Of a DNA stretch of 64,000 nt, positions 1 to 9,620 are shown in pieces (the stretch's first letter is position 1; each line of letters opens with the position of its first letter). The notes beneath the pieces were generated by a model. That model searched no databases. It was not told the DNA's origin and worked only from the letters and a program-made list of their open reading frames with translations. The DNA comes from Candidatus Poribacteria bacterium (GTDB lineage Bacteria > Poribacteria > WGA-4E > PCPOR2b), in NCBI GenBank assembly GCA_965198175.1, contig OZ240245.1:2272001-2336000 (forward strand), read 5' to 3'. The translations under genes and the position numbers were made by a program.

Positions 1-32
1 ATATTTTGCGTCTTTAGCTTTTATACCGATGA

Positions 33-1167
33 GTAACAACCTATACCGCGATGAAAAGCGGACTGAAAGTCGAATTGTCTAAACAGAACCCGAACGCGAT
101 TATTCGTAACAACCTATACCGCGATGAAAAGCGGACTGAAAGCTGAAGATGAGCATCTCATAGAAGCATTAACAGAAAGGTAACAACCTATACCGCGATG
201 AAAAGCGGACTGAAAGAATGTATGGAAAACGCCATTCTTCTGAGACTAAAATGTAACAACCTATACCGCGATGAAAAGCGGACTGAAAGAACTTGTAAAA
301 GAATCTTTTATCCCGCCCCATAAGTCGTAACATTCCATACCGCGATGAAAAGCGGACTGAAAGTTCTGGGTAATATGCGCCGCATTGTAGTCTGTGAGTG
401 TAACATTCCATACCGCGATGAAAAGCGGACTGAAAGCTGTTGATCCGCCGCCCACGGTAATCTGTGTCGGTTCAGTAACATTCCATACCGCGATGAAAAG
501 CGGACTGAAAGATAAACAGAGAGGCTAAATGTGCATGGCGTGTTAGAGTAACATTCCATACCGCGATGAAAAGCGGACTGAAAGCTCAGCAAAATTGATA
601 GTACTGGGGAGACCTTTGGTGAGTAACATTCCATACCGCGATGAAAAGCGGACTGAAAGATGAAATGTTAGATAAGATTGAGGTAAGAGAGATAGTAACA
701 TTCCATACCGCGATGAAAAGCGGACTGAAAGCTGCTAAAATGTTTTTCATAATACCCCTTATGGTGTTCGTAACATTCCATACCGCGATGAAAAGCGGAC
801 TGAAAGATGAAATGTTAGATAAGATTGAGGTAAGAGAGATAGTAACATTCCATACCGCGATGAAAAGCGGACTGAAAGTAAATTATTTCCGACAACAGGC
901 TTTCACCTTCATCGTAACAACCTATACCGCGATGAAAAGCGGACTGAAAGGTTCGCATAATCACTAACCAGCGTGAATTGCAGGGTGTAACAACCTATAC
1001 CGCGATGAAAAGCGGACTGAAAGGTTTCTTGACGCTATTTGAAGACCCTGACGGGGACGTAACAACCTATACCGCGATGAAAAGCGGACTGAAAGTCGAA
1101 CAGCACGAAGAGTCCGACGACGAGGCGATGGTAACAACCTATACCGCGATGAAAAGCGGACTGAAAG
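33..1167 (+). CRISPR. CRISPR array, 16 intact 37-bp repeats with 35-38 bp spacers; probably continues upstream of the window
   Basis: Repeat A GTAACAACCTATACCGCGATGAAAAGCGGACTGAAAG starts at 33, 106, 180, 253, 914, 987, 1059 and 1131. Repeat B GTAACATTCCATACCGCGATGAAAAGCGGACTGAAAG starts at 327, 400, 475, 548, 623, 695, 770 and 842. The CCGC/GCGG stem followed by an 8-nt ACTGAAAG 3' end is typical of Cas6-processed class 1 repeats. That end and the degenerate repeats on the right indicate + orientation. Confidence 0.98.
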
Positions 1168-1189
1168 TCCCAATAGCTGGGTGATGTTA

Positions 1190-1390
1190 ATGGCGGAAGG
1201 ATTCTTTATGTATCCTGACCGACATGCTACTAACGTGTTTGCTAAATTTGATGAGAACGTAGAACGTTGGGTGCGTCTCCAGGTTGACGATAATCTTAAA
1301 CCCGAACCCATAAAGGTTATCCTGAGAAACCGCCGAAATGGACTCAGGTTTGAATCTCTTGGAGCAACTAACCCTAACCGTCCAGTCTAA
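1190..1390 (+). CDS. Small hypothetical protein (about 66 aa) inside the 532-bp inter-repeat insert
   Basis: ORF MAEGFFMYPDRH...NPNRPV with an SD-like GGGTGAT at 1179-1185; no family recognised. Confidence 0.5.
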   Translation: MAEGFFMYPDRHATNVFAKFDENVERWVRLQVDDNLKPEPIKVILRNRRNGLRFESLGATNPNRPV

Positions 1391-1436
1391 CGATTGGATC
1401 AAGGAGACAGCCAATACGGCTGGAGGAGATGTGCCT

Positions 1437-1700
1437 ATGGAGATGGAAGCTCGCAGACTTATTAAAGAATGTGATGACTTTCTGAAGGAATGTATACGGA
1501 AGGGTGAGGTTTGGTCGGATTGGTTTGATCCCTATCTGGCTAAACTCGCCGTGTATTACGGGTTGGTTGAAGACCAGCGTATGAAGAATGAACTTAAAGT
1601 GGTTATAGGTCTTCTCGAAGTACAAAAAGCTGAGGTTGAACGTCTTGCTGAGGAGAAATATATTAAGGAAGGGATTGACCGCATTCGCAAACGTTACTAG
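1437..1700 (+). CDS. Small charged, probably helical hypothetical protein (about 87 aa) inside the inter-repeat insert
   Basis: GGAGGAG at 1422-1428 precedes GTG1431/ATG1437. Amphipathic, charged sequence MEMEARRLIKECDDFLKE...IDRIRKRY. The stop TAG shares base 1700 with the degenerate repeat. Confidence 0.65.
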   Translation: MEMEARRLIKECDDFLKECIRKGEVWSDWFDPYLAKLAVYYGLVEDQRMKNELKVVIGLLEVQKAEVERLAEEKYIKEGIDRIRKRY

Positions 1701-1736
1701 TCTCAACTTATGCCGCGATGAATAGCGGACTGAAAG
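1700..1736 (+). CRISPR. Degenerate terminal CRISPR repeat
   Basis: GTCTCAACTTATGCCGCGATGAATAGCGGACTGAAAG has 5 mismatches to repeat A; the stem and the 3' ACTGAAAG are intact. Confidence 0.93.
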
Positions 1737-1776
1737 TATTACTTCAGTAACTATAGGCTTGTATTGAAAATGAGCA

Positions 1777-1805
1777 TTCTCAACTTATTTCCGCTGGGAC
1801 TTCAG
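1777..1805 (+). repeat. Highly degenerate repeat remnant after a 40-nt spacer-like segment
   Basis: TTCTCAACTTATTTCCGCTGGGACTTCAG shares TCTCAACTTAT, CCGC and GGACT with the 1700 repeat, with an internal deletion. Confidence 0.55.
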
Positions 1806-2154
1806 AATAATCGACGCCAAGAACCCGCACCCTATTTAGCTTTCCGGTACTTCGCGCGCTTTTTTGGATGTGCCAATTGCTCACAAAATAAGTTAAAGGC
1901 TCATGTTACTATTTACATTGATAATTACACACATTCAGATGCCCTTGATTTGGGGTAAACTGAGCTAATAGATCAAACGACTGCAAAAGGAGCGATTAAC
2001 CGACTGAGCAGAGAGGGCGATAGTTTTCCTATAGCCTTGCTTAGTTCAAAAGCCCATAACCCGTATTTATTTTTTTATTGCCGCAAGAGAGAACGCTGAT
2101 GTCTATTTCTTAGTCGCAGTGACTATAACACACTTAAAACACGGGGCGAACTAG

Positions 2155-4809
2155 ATGTTACTACGGCTGGCAATGATGGGCATCAGTAATCTGTTTATTC
2201 TCGGATTAACAGGTTTCCTCTATCGACCCCTCCGGACGAAAACCACTCATCTTGACCTGCCAATATTTGGTTTCCTATGGATCTTCAATGCCACGCTGTT
2301 CACATTTCTCTTCGGCGTCTTTGGGATTCTGAAACCGACGGTGATGACTCTCGTAAGCCTCATCGGCTTGTGCGGGTTGGCAGTTCATGCCTACCGGAGG
2401 CGGTTGCGTTACGCCGCAACGCTGGGTACGCTCTTTAATCAGTTCAAGGGCTTGAGATTCACCGTTGTCAGCGGGCTTCTCGTTGCCGCGGCACTCCTCC
2501 AACTTGGGCGCATCGCATTCCATGTGTGGTATATCCCTCCCTATGTTCACGACACGTTGACCTACCATCTTCCCAACGTCGCCGAATGGGTGCAGAAGGA
2601 ACGAATCCACGCCATCTCTACCCCAGTGATTCGGAGTAATTGGCCCGCCGCGTTCGAAGTTTTTGAGACCTGGTTCGTTGTCTTCCTGCATCACGATCTC
2701 TTGATTCAACTGGCGTGTGTCGCCTGCTACCTGCTTGCTGTCATATCGGTGTTCGCCATAGGTCGAGGGCTAGGCATGGGAACCCATCTTGCAGCGGGTG
2801 TCGCGTTACTCTTTGCCTATACGCCCTCGGTGGCAATCCATGCGACCTCGTGCAAGAATGACCTCGCCGTGGCGGCGTTTTACCTTTTTTCGACGGCGAT
2901 TCTAGTGGACCTGTTGCGGAACGGAGACAATGCGGCTTTTCCCTTGAATCGTCGTTTTCTACTATTGGCGATGGCGTTTGCTTTCGGTGTGGGCACAAAG
3001 GCATACACGGTTTTCATTGCGCCGGGCATAATTGTCCTGGGCATCCTTGCGTTGTTCAAACATCGGTTGTTCAAAGTTGCCATCCATGCCCTGCGTCCCA
3101 GCCGCACTCTATCTGCACGCCAGCTTTTGCTTTATTCCAGTCTTCTCCTAGCAAGTGGGGTTTTGGCATTATACTGGTATGTGCGCAACTACGTCGTCTT
3201 TGATAACCCGTTCTATCCAGCCGACTTTCGGCTCTTCGGACATTTAATCTTTGGTACGGGAAATCCACCTAACCCAGGCATATCAGCCCAGCCGTCCTTT
3301 AGCTTCCACTCCATGTGGGCGAATACACGGAACTTGGTAACTTTCAAAATTTTCGATCAGCTCCGATATTACGCGGATCTACACCGCATCACCGGGTGGG
3401 GCTGGTTTAGTTTTGCCTGTGGCATATCGTCCGTAATCTATGGTGCACTGTTTGACAGAAGGGTACGCTCGCTCATATTCTGTTTCGTTCTTTCCTTACT
3501 GTCGCTGTTGGGATGGATATTCGTTGATGATTGGCATGGACGATTCCTTCATTTTTTCCCTCCTATCTTTGCGATTGCCTTCGGCGCAACGCTGATGCAT
3601 CTGACAACGCGATGGGTATGGGTGTCCCTGTCGATACTTGCGACGATCTGTAGCCTGTTCAATTTTGTCGCAGTCCTCAATGTTGGTGTCTTTGCTAAAG
3701 AAGACTTGAAGCATCTCATGGAAACCCCGGCGCTAAAGCGCTCCGCTGCAGACCGGAGTATACCGTGGTCCGGCGGAGGATTATTTCAAGAGATACATAA
3801 CCGTGTTCCCAAAGGTGAAGTTATCGGCTATAACGCGGGAAAAAATGACGTTATCTACCCGCTATACGACAGCGACCTATCCCGCCGCCTCCGCTATTTT
3901 CCCAATTCGATCGACAACGTTGCAGAGTTTATGAAATCTCAGAATATCCACTATCTGTATGCATCAGGATCAGGAGGGCGGGGTGTGTGGGAATATCCCT
4001 ATGTCGGTCATCAGATTGGGATTCGTAACGGTAGGTTGGCAACTTGGTTCAATATTCAATCGGTGAATCGGGAATACGATTCAGGTGTTATTCGTGCTCA
4101 CGAATGGACGCACCTCGCTTTTACGTTCAGTGGGCGGGCAGCTGTTTCTTACGTGAATGGCGAGGTCGTTGCCAAGCACACGGACCGCCGGGGAAAAATT
4201 GAATTCAAGGAAAATCCGTACTTTGTGATTGGTGACCGTTCCAATGTCGCACCGGGTGAACCTTTCAAAGGATTGGTCGATGAAGCTGCATTATTCAATC
4301 GCGTGTTATCGCAACAGGAGATTCGAACGGCTATGAAACAAGGGATTTCTCTAGCTGAACCGGTCCATGTCGAATCATCAGGAACGTTAGCAAACGCCAA
4401 TGGTTTAGTAGCTTATTACCGATTTGATAAAGGCACTAGAGACTTGTCGGGTAAGGGGCACGATGGAAAACTGGTTGGTGTTGTGGAGTTAGTTCCGGAT
4501 GAAGGAGCGCCAGTTCCCAACGGAAATGGGTGCGTACGGTTTTCGGGCCGTGCAGGCAACGTAGTGGATTGCGGCAAATCATCAGATCTCCGAATTGCAC
4601 GCAATCTGACGCTAATGGCGTGGGTCAAACCCGATGCGGTTGGTCCCACGCAGTTTGTCGCAGGTCCAGCTTACGCCGGTGGAAAATGGTATGAGACTTT
4701 GGATATTCAGACAGCTATTCGAGATGGGAATCTTATTGAAATCACGGAGCATCTTTATGCGCTTAAATCGACTGAAGCTAATCGCCGGATTCATAATTCT
4801 GACAATTAA
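2155..4809 (+). CDS. Polytopic membrane protein, GT-C/ArnT-like glycosyltransferase with a LamG/ConA-like domain
   Basis: Many TM segments; motifs PPYVHDTLTYHLP, KNDL, GTKAY and WYVRNY..NPFYP. C-terminal LamG motifs WTHLAFTF, YVNG, FKGLVDEAALFNRVLS, LVAYYRFD and TLMAWVKP. Confidence 0.75.
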   Translation: MLLRLAMMGISNLFILGLTGFLYRPLRTKTTHLDLPIFGFLWIFNATLFTFLFGVFGILKPTVMTLVSLIGLCGLAVHAYRRRLRYAATLGTLFNQFKGLRFTVVSGLLVAAALLQLGRIAFHVWYIPPYVHDTLTYHLPNVAEWVQKERIHAISTPVIRSNWPAAFEVFETWFVVFLHHDLLIQLACVACYLLAVISVFAIGRGLGMGTHLAAGVALLFAYTPSVAIHATSCKNDLAVAAFYLFSTAILVDLLRNGDNAAFPLNRRFLLLAMAFAFGVGTKAYTVFIAPGIIVLGILALFKHRLFKVAIHALRPSRTLSARQLLLYSSLLLASGVLALYWYVRNYVVFDNPFYPADFRLFGHLIFGTGNPPNPGISAQPSFSFHSMWANTRNLVTFKIFDQLRYYADLHRITGWGWFSFACGISSVIYGALFDRRVRSLIFCFVLSLLSLLGWIFVDDWHGRFLHFFPPIFAIAFGATLMHLTTRWVWVSLSILATICSLFNFVAVLNVGVFAKEDLKHLMETPALKRSAADRSIPWSGGGLFQEIHNRVPKGEVIGYNAGKNDVIYPLYDSDLSRRLRYFPNSIDNVAEFMKSQNIHYLYASGSGGRGVWEYPYVGHQIGIRNGRLATWFNIQSVNREYDSGVIRAHEWTHLAFTFSGRAAVSYVNGEVVAKHTDRRGKIEFKENPYFVIGDRSNVAPGEPFKGLVDEAALFNRVLSQQEIRTAMKQGISLAEPVHVESSGTLANANGLVAYYRFDKGTRDLSGKGHDGKLVGVVELVPDEGAPVPNGNGCVRFSGRAGNVVDCGKSSDLRIARNLTLMAWVKPDAVGPTQFVAGPAYAGGKWYETLDIQTAIRDGNLIEITEHLYALKSTEANRRIHNSDN

Positions 4810-5113
4810 CTTAGTTCTGTTTTATGTTTACTTCTCCAAGCAAGCCAAGTTCTCCTTCGAGTTCATCTTGTCACTGTTGCGAAGCTGAAGGTCGGAATCG
4901 CTGAACGAATGAAGATACGCCAGAATACAATTAGACTGTTGGGCAGAGGTGGAGCTAAAGCAATTAGACGTTAGTTGAATCAACCGTTGTGAGACTTGAA
5001 GTAACCTAATCGCCGACGTTGGACGACAGTCTCGATCGCGTGGGTAGGATTGACATACACGTCCACGTTCTGATTCACTTATTCAGGATAACGTGCCAGC
5101 TTCAGTTTTTTGC

Positions 5114-5142
5114 TTGACCAACCTATCGCCAGGTGATATGAT
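5114..5142 (+). promoter_or_regulatory. sigma70-type promoter for def
   Basis: TTGACC-17 bp-TATGAT with an extended -10 TG. Confidence 0.55.
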
Positions 5143-5195
5143 TATTGATGGTTTCAACGGAAATCCGACAATCAAGGTAGAGAGTTTTTCCAGCA

Positions 5196-5804
5196 ATGGC
5201 AAAACGTGGACGGAAAAAAAGAGCAGCATCATCGCCGAAACAGAGGTCTTCCGAAGCGCTAAATCGTGACTATCCTAACTACTATAATGAGGGTCCACTC
5301 CGTATTCGGCTTTATGGAGACCCTGTATTACGGCAAAAAGCGCTTCCCATTCCAAAAATAACAGACGTTGAGCGGAAGATTGCAGAAGATATGTTAGCAA
5401 CAATGTATTCTGTGCCAAACGGCGTGGGGTTAGCTGCACCACAGGTAGGGATTTTGAAGCGATTGATTGTCATTGACGTGAACCGAGATGATGTATCCAG
5501 CAAACCATTAGTAATGATAAATCCCGAGACGCAAAGCCTCAATGGTGAATTGATTGAAGATGAAGGCTGCTTGAGTGTTCCCAATATTACAGCCGAAGTC
5601 AAACGGGCGACAGAGGCTGTAGTCACGGCGCTGAATTTGGATGATGAAACAATATCCGTTAAGACTGAAGGCTTACTCGCCCGCGTCTTACAACATGAAA
5701 TTGATCACCTCAACGGCGTGCTGTTTATCGATCACGTCAGCGGCTTGAAGCGCCAGCTCCTCCGAGGAAAGTGGCAGAAACTTAAGCACCTTTCACATGC
5801 GTAG
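5196..5804 (+). CDS. def: Peptide deformylase
   Basis: Motifs GVGLAAPQVG, EGCLS and QHEIDHLNG. Confidence 0.97.
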   Translation: MAKRGRKKRAASSPKQRSSEALNRDYPNYYNEGPLRIRLYGDPVLRQKALPIPKITDVERKIAEDMLATMYSVPNGVGLAAPQVGILKRLIVIDVNRDDVSSKPLVMINPETQSLNGELIEDEGCLSVPNITAEVKRATEAVVTALNLDDETISVKTEGLLARVLQHEIDHLNGVLFIDHVSGLKRQLLRGKWQKLKHLSHA

Positions 5805-5938
5805 AATAATTAGGACAGGAAGGTAAGAAGGATACTGAAGGCGTGAAGAGATGCAACGTGTTTTACGAATCACACTTTGAGTAAAACCTTTCACGTTTTC
5901 GCGCCCGATATAACTGGGTTGTGAAAAGAGGATTGACT

Positions 5939-6793
5939 ATGCCGAAAGAAGCCAAATCTTCAGGAATCGATCAGAAGGTGAATCTTCTTCTTGAACGCTT
6001 AAAATCCTACGGAAAGGTTATCGTAGCATTTTCAGGTGGTGTTGACAGCACACTCCTAGCTGAAGCTGCCCACCGCGCGCTCGGGAGAAACGCGCTTGCT
6101 GTGACAGCGATTTCTGACTCCTACCCTGAACGTGAGATGAAAGCGGCACAGGAAATTGCCGAGCAGATTGGAATCCGTTTTGAAACGATACAGACCGAAG
6201 AACTTGAGATGGAAGGGTATACAAATAATCCGACGAACCGTTGCTATTTCTGCAAGACCGAGCTGTTTAACAAGCTTCGCCCCATCGCCGAAAAATATCA
6301 GATTGGCACGATTGTCTACGGTGCAATCCCCGATGACGTTGGGGATTATCGACCTGGTATGGATGCAGCCAAACAGATGGGCGTTCAGGCACCGCTGATT
6401 GATGTGGATTTGACAAAAGCAGAAATCCGGGAACTCTTGAGAAGTTGGGACATACCGATTTGGGACAAGCCCGCCTTTGCCTGTTTATCATCTCGATTTC
6501 CCTACGGCACAAAAATTACGCGCGAAAATCTGCGCCGGATCGATCGGGCAGAGCAATTCCTGTATGATTTGGGAATTCGTCAATTCCGTGTGCGTCATCA
6601 TGACAAACTTGCGCGGATTGAGCTTGATCCCCAAGACATTGAACACACGGCGACCAAACAGATTCGAACCCAGATTAATGAAAAATTCAAATCCCTTGGC
6701 TATCAGTACGTCACTTTAGATTTGCAGGGCTATAGATCCGGCAGTTTGAACGAAGGATTCCAGATTTCAACACAACAGTCAGGTTCAGAATAG
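5939..6793 (+). CDS. larE: ATP-dependent sacrificial sulfur transferase, LarE family
   Basis: PP-loop AFSGGVDS, RCYFCK, DYRPG, ACLSSRFPYG and GYRSGSLN. Confidence 0.92.
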   Translation: MPKEAKSSGIDQKVNLLLERLKSYGKVIVAFSGGVDSTLLAEAAHRALGRNALAVTAISDSYPEREMKAAQEIAEQIGIRFETIQTEELEMEGYTNNPTNRCYFCKTELFNKLRPIAEKYQIGTIVYGAIPDDVGDYRPGMDAAKQMGVQAPLIDVDLTKAEIRELLRSWDIPIWDKPAFACLSSRFPYGTKITRENLRRIDRAEQFLYDLGIRQFRVRHHDKLARIELDPQDIEHTATKQIRTQINEKFKSLGYQYVTLDLQGYRSGSLNEGFQISTQQSGSE

Positions 6794-6833
6794 CGGCGTT
6801 CTTGACTGCTGCATTAAACGATTAGGAAAAACA

Positions 6834-8171
6834 GTGCTACAGCAACAAACGCGATCCAATCGACAAACCAAACCGATTATTGGCGCCGATATTTTCAATT
6901 GGAACAAATGGGATGCATGTACCCACTGCGGTCTTTGCCTGCCGACTTGTCCAACCTACCGAGAGCTAGGCTTAGAGACCGATTCTCCGCGTGGTAGACT
7001 CTACCTGATGGGCGCTGCATTCAGGGCAGAAGATCCTGTTCCGCTCAACGATGACTGGGCAACGTATATGTACCGGTGCTTGGATTGCCGTGCGTGTGAA
7101 ACAGCATGTCCCTCTGGCGTGCATTTTGGCGAAGTTATGGAGGAAGCGCGCGCGATTTACGAACTGAATACAAATCGCCCTGCCGAACAAAAATTCTGGC
7201 GACGTTTCGCCTTCAAGGAGATTCTCCCGCACAAGAAGCGGTTGGATTTTATCTTCGGGGTGCTATGGTTGTATCAACGGCTAGGTGTGCGCTGGCTAGC
7301 TCGGAAGTCAGGTTTGCTCAAGCTCATGGGAAAATTAGGCGAGGCGGAGTCGTTAATGCCCAACATTGCCGATCCGTACCTTAAATCCAAACTTCAGGAA
7401 TTTACACCTTCGAAGGGAAAGGCCAGATATCGTGTTGGATTTATTTCAGGTTGCATCATGAATCAGGTTTTTACGGAGACGAACCTGGCAACTGTCCGCG
7501 TCTTAATCGAAAATGGCTGTGACGTCATCACACCATCTCAGCAAACATGCTGTGGTGCGCTGCATGTACATAATGGTGTCCGCGATGTCGGTATGGACCT
7601 CGCACGACAAAATATTGATGCGTTTAATGTTGACGACTTAGACGCGATTATCATCAACGCAGCAGGGTGTGGTGCTACACTCAAAGAATACGTGAGCTTG
7701 TTAGAAAACGACCCCGTGTATGCCGAAAAATCCAAAGCGTTCAGTGCGAAGATGAAAGATATCAGTGAGTTTCTCGCTGAGATTGAAATGAAGCCGCCGC
7801 AAGGTGAAATTAAGCGTCGCGTGACATACGATGAACCGTGCCATCTCGTGCATGGACAGAGAAATTGGCTCCAGCCTCGCAAAGTTCTTCAATCGATTCC
7901 GGGACTGAATCTTATCGAACTCCGCGAATCGGAATGGTGCTGTGGCGGCGCGGGTATCTACAACATCACCCAACCGGAAATGTCGGCGCAGATACTAGAA
8001 CGCAAAATGGCGCATATCGCCGAAGTGGATGCTGAAGTCATCGCTACGGGCAATCCGGGGTGTGTCTTGCAACTCCAACTCGGTGTTCAAAAACATAACT
8101 TGCCGATGAAAGTGATGCACCCAGTCGAGCTTCTTGACTGCTCTTATCGGGAGGTAGATCCTCTCCCGTAA
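6834..8171 (+). CDS. glcF: Glycolate/lactate oxidase iron-sulfur subunit
   Basis: Two 4Fe-4S motifs (CTHCGLCLPTCP, CLDCRACETACP) and two CCG domains. Confidence 0.9.
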   Translation: MLQQQTRSNRQTKPIIGADIFNWNKWDACTHCGLCLPTCPTYRELGLETDSPRGRLYLMGAAFRAEDPVPLNDDWATYMYRCLDCRACETACPSGVHFGEVMEEARAIYELNTNRPAEQKFWRRFAFKEILPHKKRLDFIFGVLWLYQRLGVRWLARKSGLLKLMGKLGEAESLMPNIADPYLKSKLQEFTPSKGKARYRVGFISGCIMNQVFTETNLATVRVLIENGCDVITPSQQTCCGALHVHNGVRDVGMDLARQNIDAFNVDDLDAIIINAAGCGATLKEYVSLLENDPVYAEKSKAFSAKMKDISEFLAEIEMKPPQGEIKRRVTYDEPCHLVHGQRNWLQPRKVLQSIPGLNLIELRESEWCCGGAGIYNITQPEMSAQILERKMAHIAEVDAEVIATGNPGCVLQLQLGVQKHNLPMKVMHPVELLDCSYREVDPLP

Positions 8172-8342
8172 AATGAAGCATCTGTAATATAGCGGGGCGT
8201 TGCTTACAGCAAGGTAGGTACTATGAAAAACTTCGCTGTGCGGAGGTAGGTCTTCCTATATGCGCGGTACAAGTTGAGTGGCGCGATAAAAGACACATTC
8301 CCGTGTAGACCCTAAGAGGACACCAAATTTCATTTCAATCGC

Positions 8343-9620
8343 CTAAACGGGCAATTCATTTTTGATAAACTTGCCTTCAATCATCACCGCTTTGGGCTTC
8401 AAATCAGTATCTAGAATGACAAGGTCTGCATCTTTGCCTGGCGCAATGGATCCCTTCTGCTTGTCCACACCGAGACTCTTCGCTGGGGTGAGGCTCGCCA
8501 TGGTCACTGCCTCTTCGAGTGTATATCCCCAACTGACGACGTTGCGCAAGCCCTCCATTAGCGTAATCATCCCACCATAAAGTCTTGCGTCTGCTTCCCT
8601 CAGATTTATCCAGATTGCTCCGTTTTTGATGTAATAGTTTAGATTTGAGGTGGCGGATAAAATTCCCCACTTAAGCCTGTACGCATCAAGGTCGGATTCA
8701 TAAACGGTGTATTCCATCCACTCCTCCTTAGAAACTCCCGCCAATGCAGTACAATCCGTGATGAGTCCTACACCTTGAATCCCTTTCCACATAATGAGGG
8801 TTTGTGCCCAAATCGGCTTGACGTGTTGTTCATCAACGATAAGCTCTGCATGAATCTTCGGATGGGAGTAGATTGCTTCGACAGCGCCGAGATTGCGTTG
8901 GTGCATGCCACTCATGCCGTTATAGGTGTGTGTCGCCCGTGTAATGCCTGCATCTATAGCTGCCGTGGCTTGGTCATACGTTGCGTTGGTATGCCCCATC
9001 GCGACGGTGATGTTATTGTAGGTTTCTTCGCTGTAGGTTGCTAGATGCTTGGTGAATTTGAGCCCTTCATCATTTTCGGGAGCAATGGCTATAATTTTGA
9101 TGGTCCCATCTGAAGCTGCCCACATGGTGTGGAAATCTTCAAAATTCGGAGGGCTAATGTATTCAGTATTTTGAGCACCTGACTTTACGTGACTTCCAAA
9201 TTTGCCCTCGACATAAGATCCTAGAATTCGCGAACCGCTCTCAACCGGATTATCAACTAGGTATCCAACCGCTTCTAGCGAACGGTTGATTCGCTCCATG
9301 CCTGCCGATGGGATTGTCAATACCAACGAAGTGACACCGTGTGCAGCGTGTGCACGAGCGGCTTTTTCCAAATCTTCCGTGTTACTGATGAGAGTGTCGG
9401 CGCCACCACCTCCGTGAACTTGCGCATCAATTAAGCCAGGAATCACACTGCAACCAGTTGCGTCAATTGTAGTCACTGATTGGTGCTCCGATGGAGCCAA
9501 CGGTTCGGTGCGAATTGATTCAATCTTGTCACCCTGTACGAAGATGTTGCCTTTAGACTGATAGGAAGGGGTATAGATCTCTGCGCCGATAATGGCGAAT
9601 ATTGTATCTTCTGATGTCAT
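8343..9620 (-). CDS. nagA: N-acetylglucosamine-6-phosphate deacetylase
   Basis: Amidohydrolase motifs PGLIDAQVHGGGG, IAPE, GHTNAT, THTYNGM and KGSIAPGKDADLV. Confidence 0.85.
   Translation of the reverse strand: MTSEDTIFAIIGAEIYTPSYQSKGNIFVQGDKIESIRTEPLAPSEHQSVTTIDATGCSVIPGLIDAQVHGGGGADTLISNTEDLEKAARAHAAHGVTSLVLTIPSAGMERINRSLEAVGYLVDNPVESGSRILGSYVEGKFGSHVKSGAQNTEYISPPNFEDFHTMWAASDGTIKIIAIAPENDEGLKFTKHLATYSEETYNNITVAMGHTNATYDQATAAIDAGITRATHTYNGMSGMHQRNLGAVEAIYSHPKIHAELIVDEQHVKPIWAQTLIMWKGIQGVGLITDCTALAGVSKEEWMEYTVYESDLDAYRLKWGILSATSNLNYYIKNGAIWINLREADARLYGGMITLMEGLRNVVSWGYTLEEAVTMASLTPAKSLGVDKQKGSIAPGKDADLVILDTDLKPKAVMIEGKFIKNELPV

Noticed and set aside
70..1130. Several spacers read as plausible sense-strand coding sequence (e.g. 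DEMLDKIEVREI, VEQHEESDDEA), and possible self-targeting
   Set aside because: Too short to judge strand bias without protospacer hits; no match in the window was seen by eye.
169..1311. ORFs on both strands within the CRISPR array (TAMKSGLK / LSVRFSSRY repeats)
   Set aside because: These are artefacts of translating repeats that lack stops in some frames.
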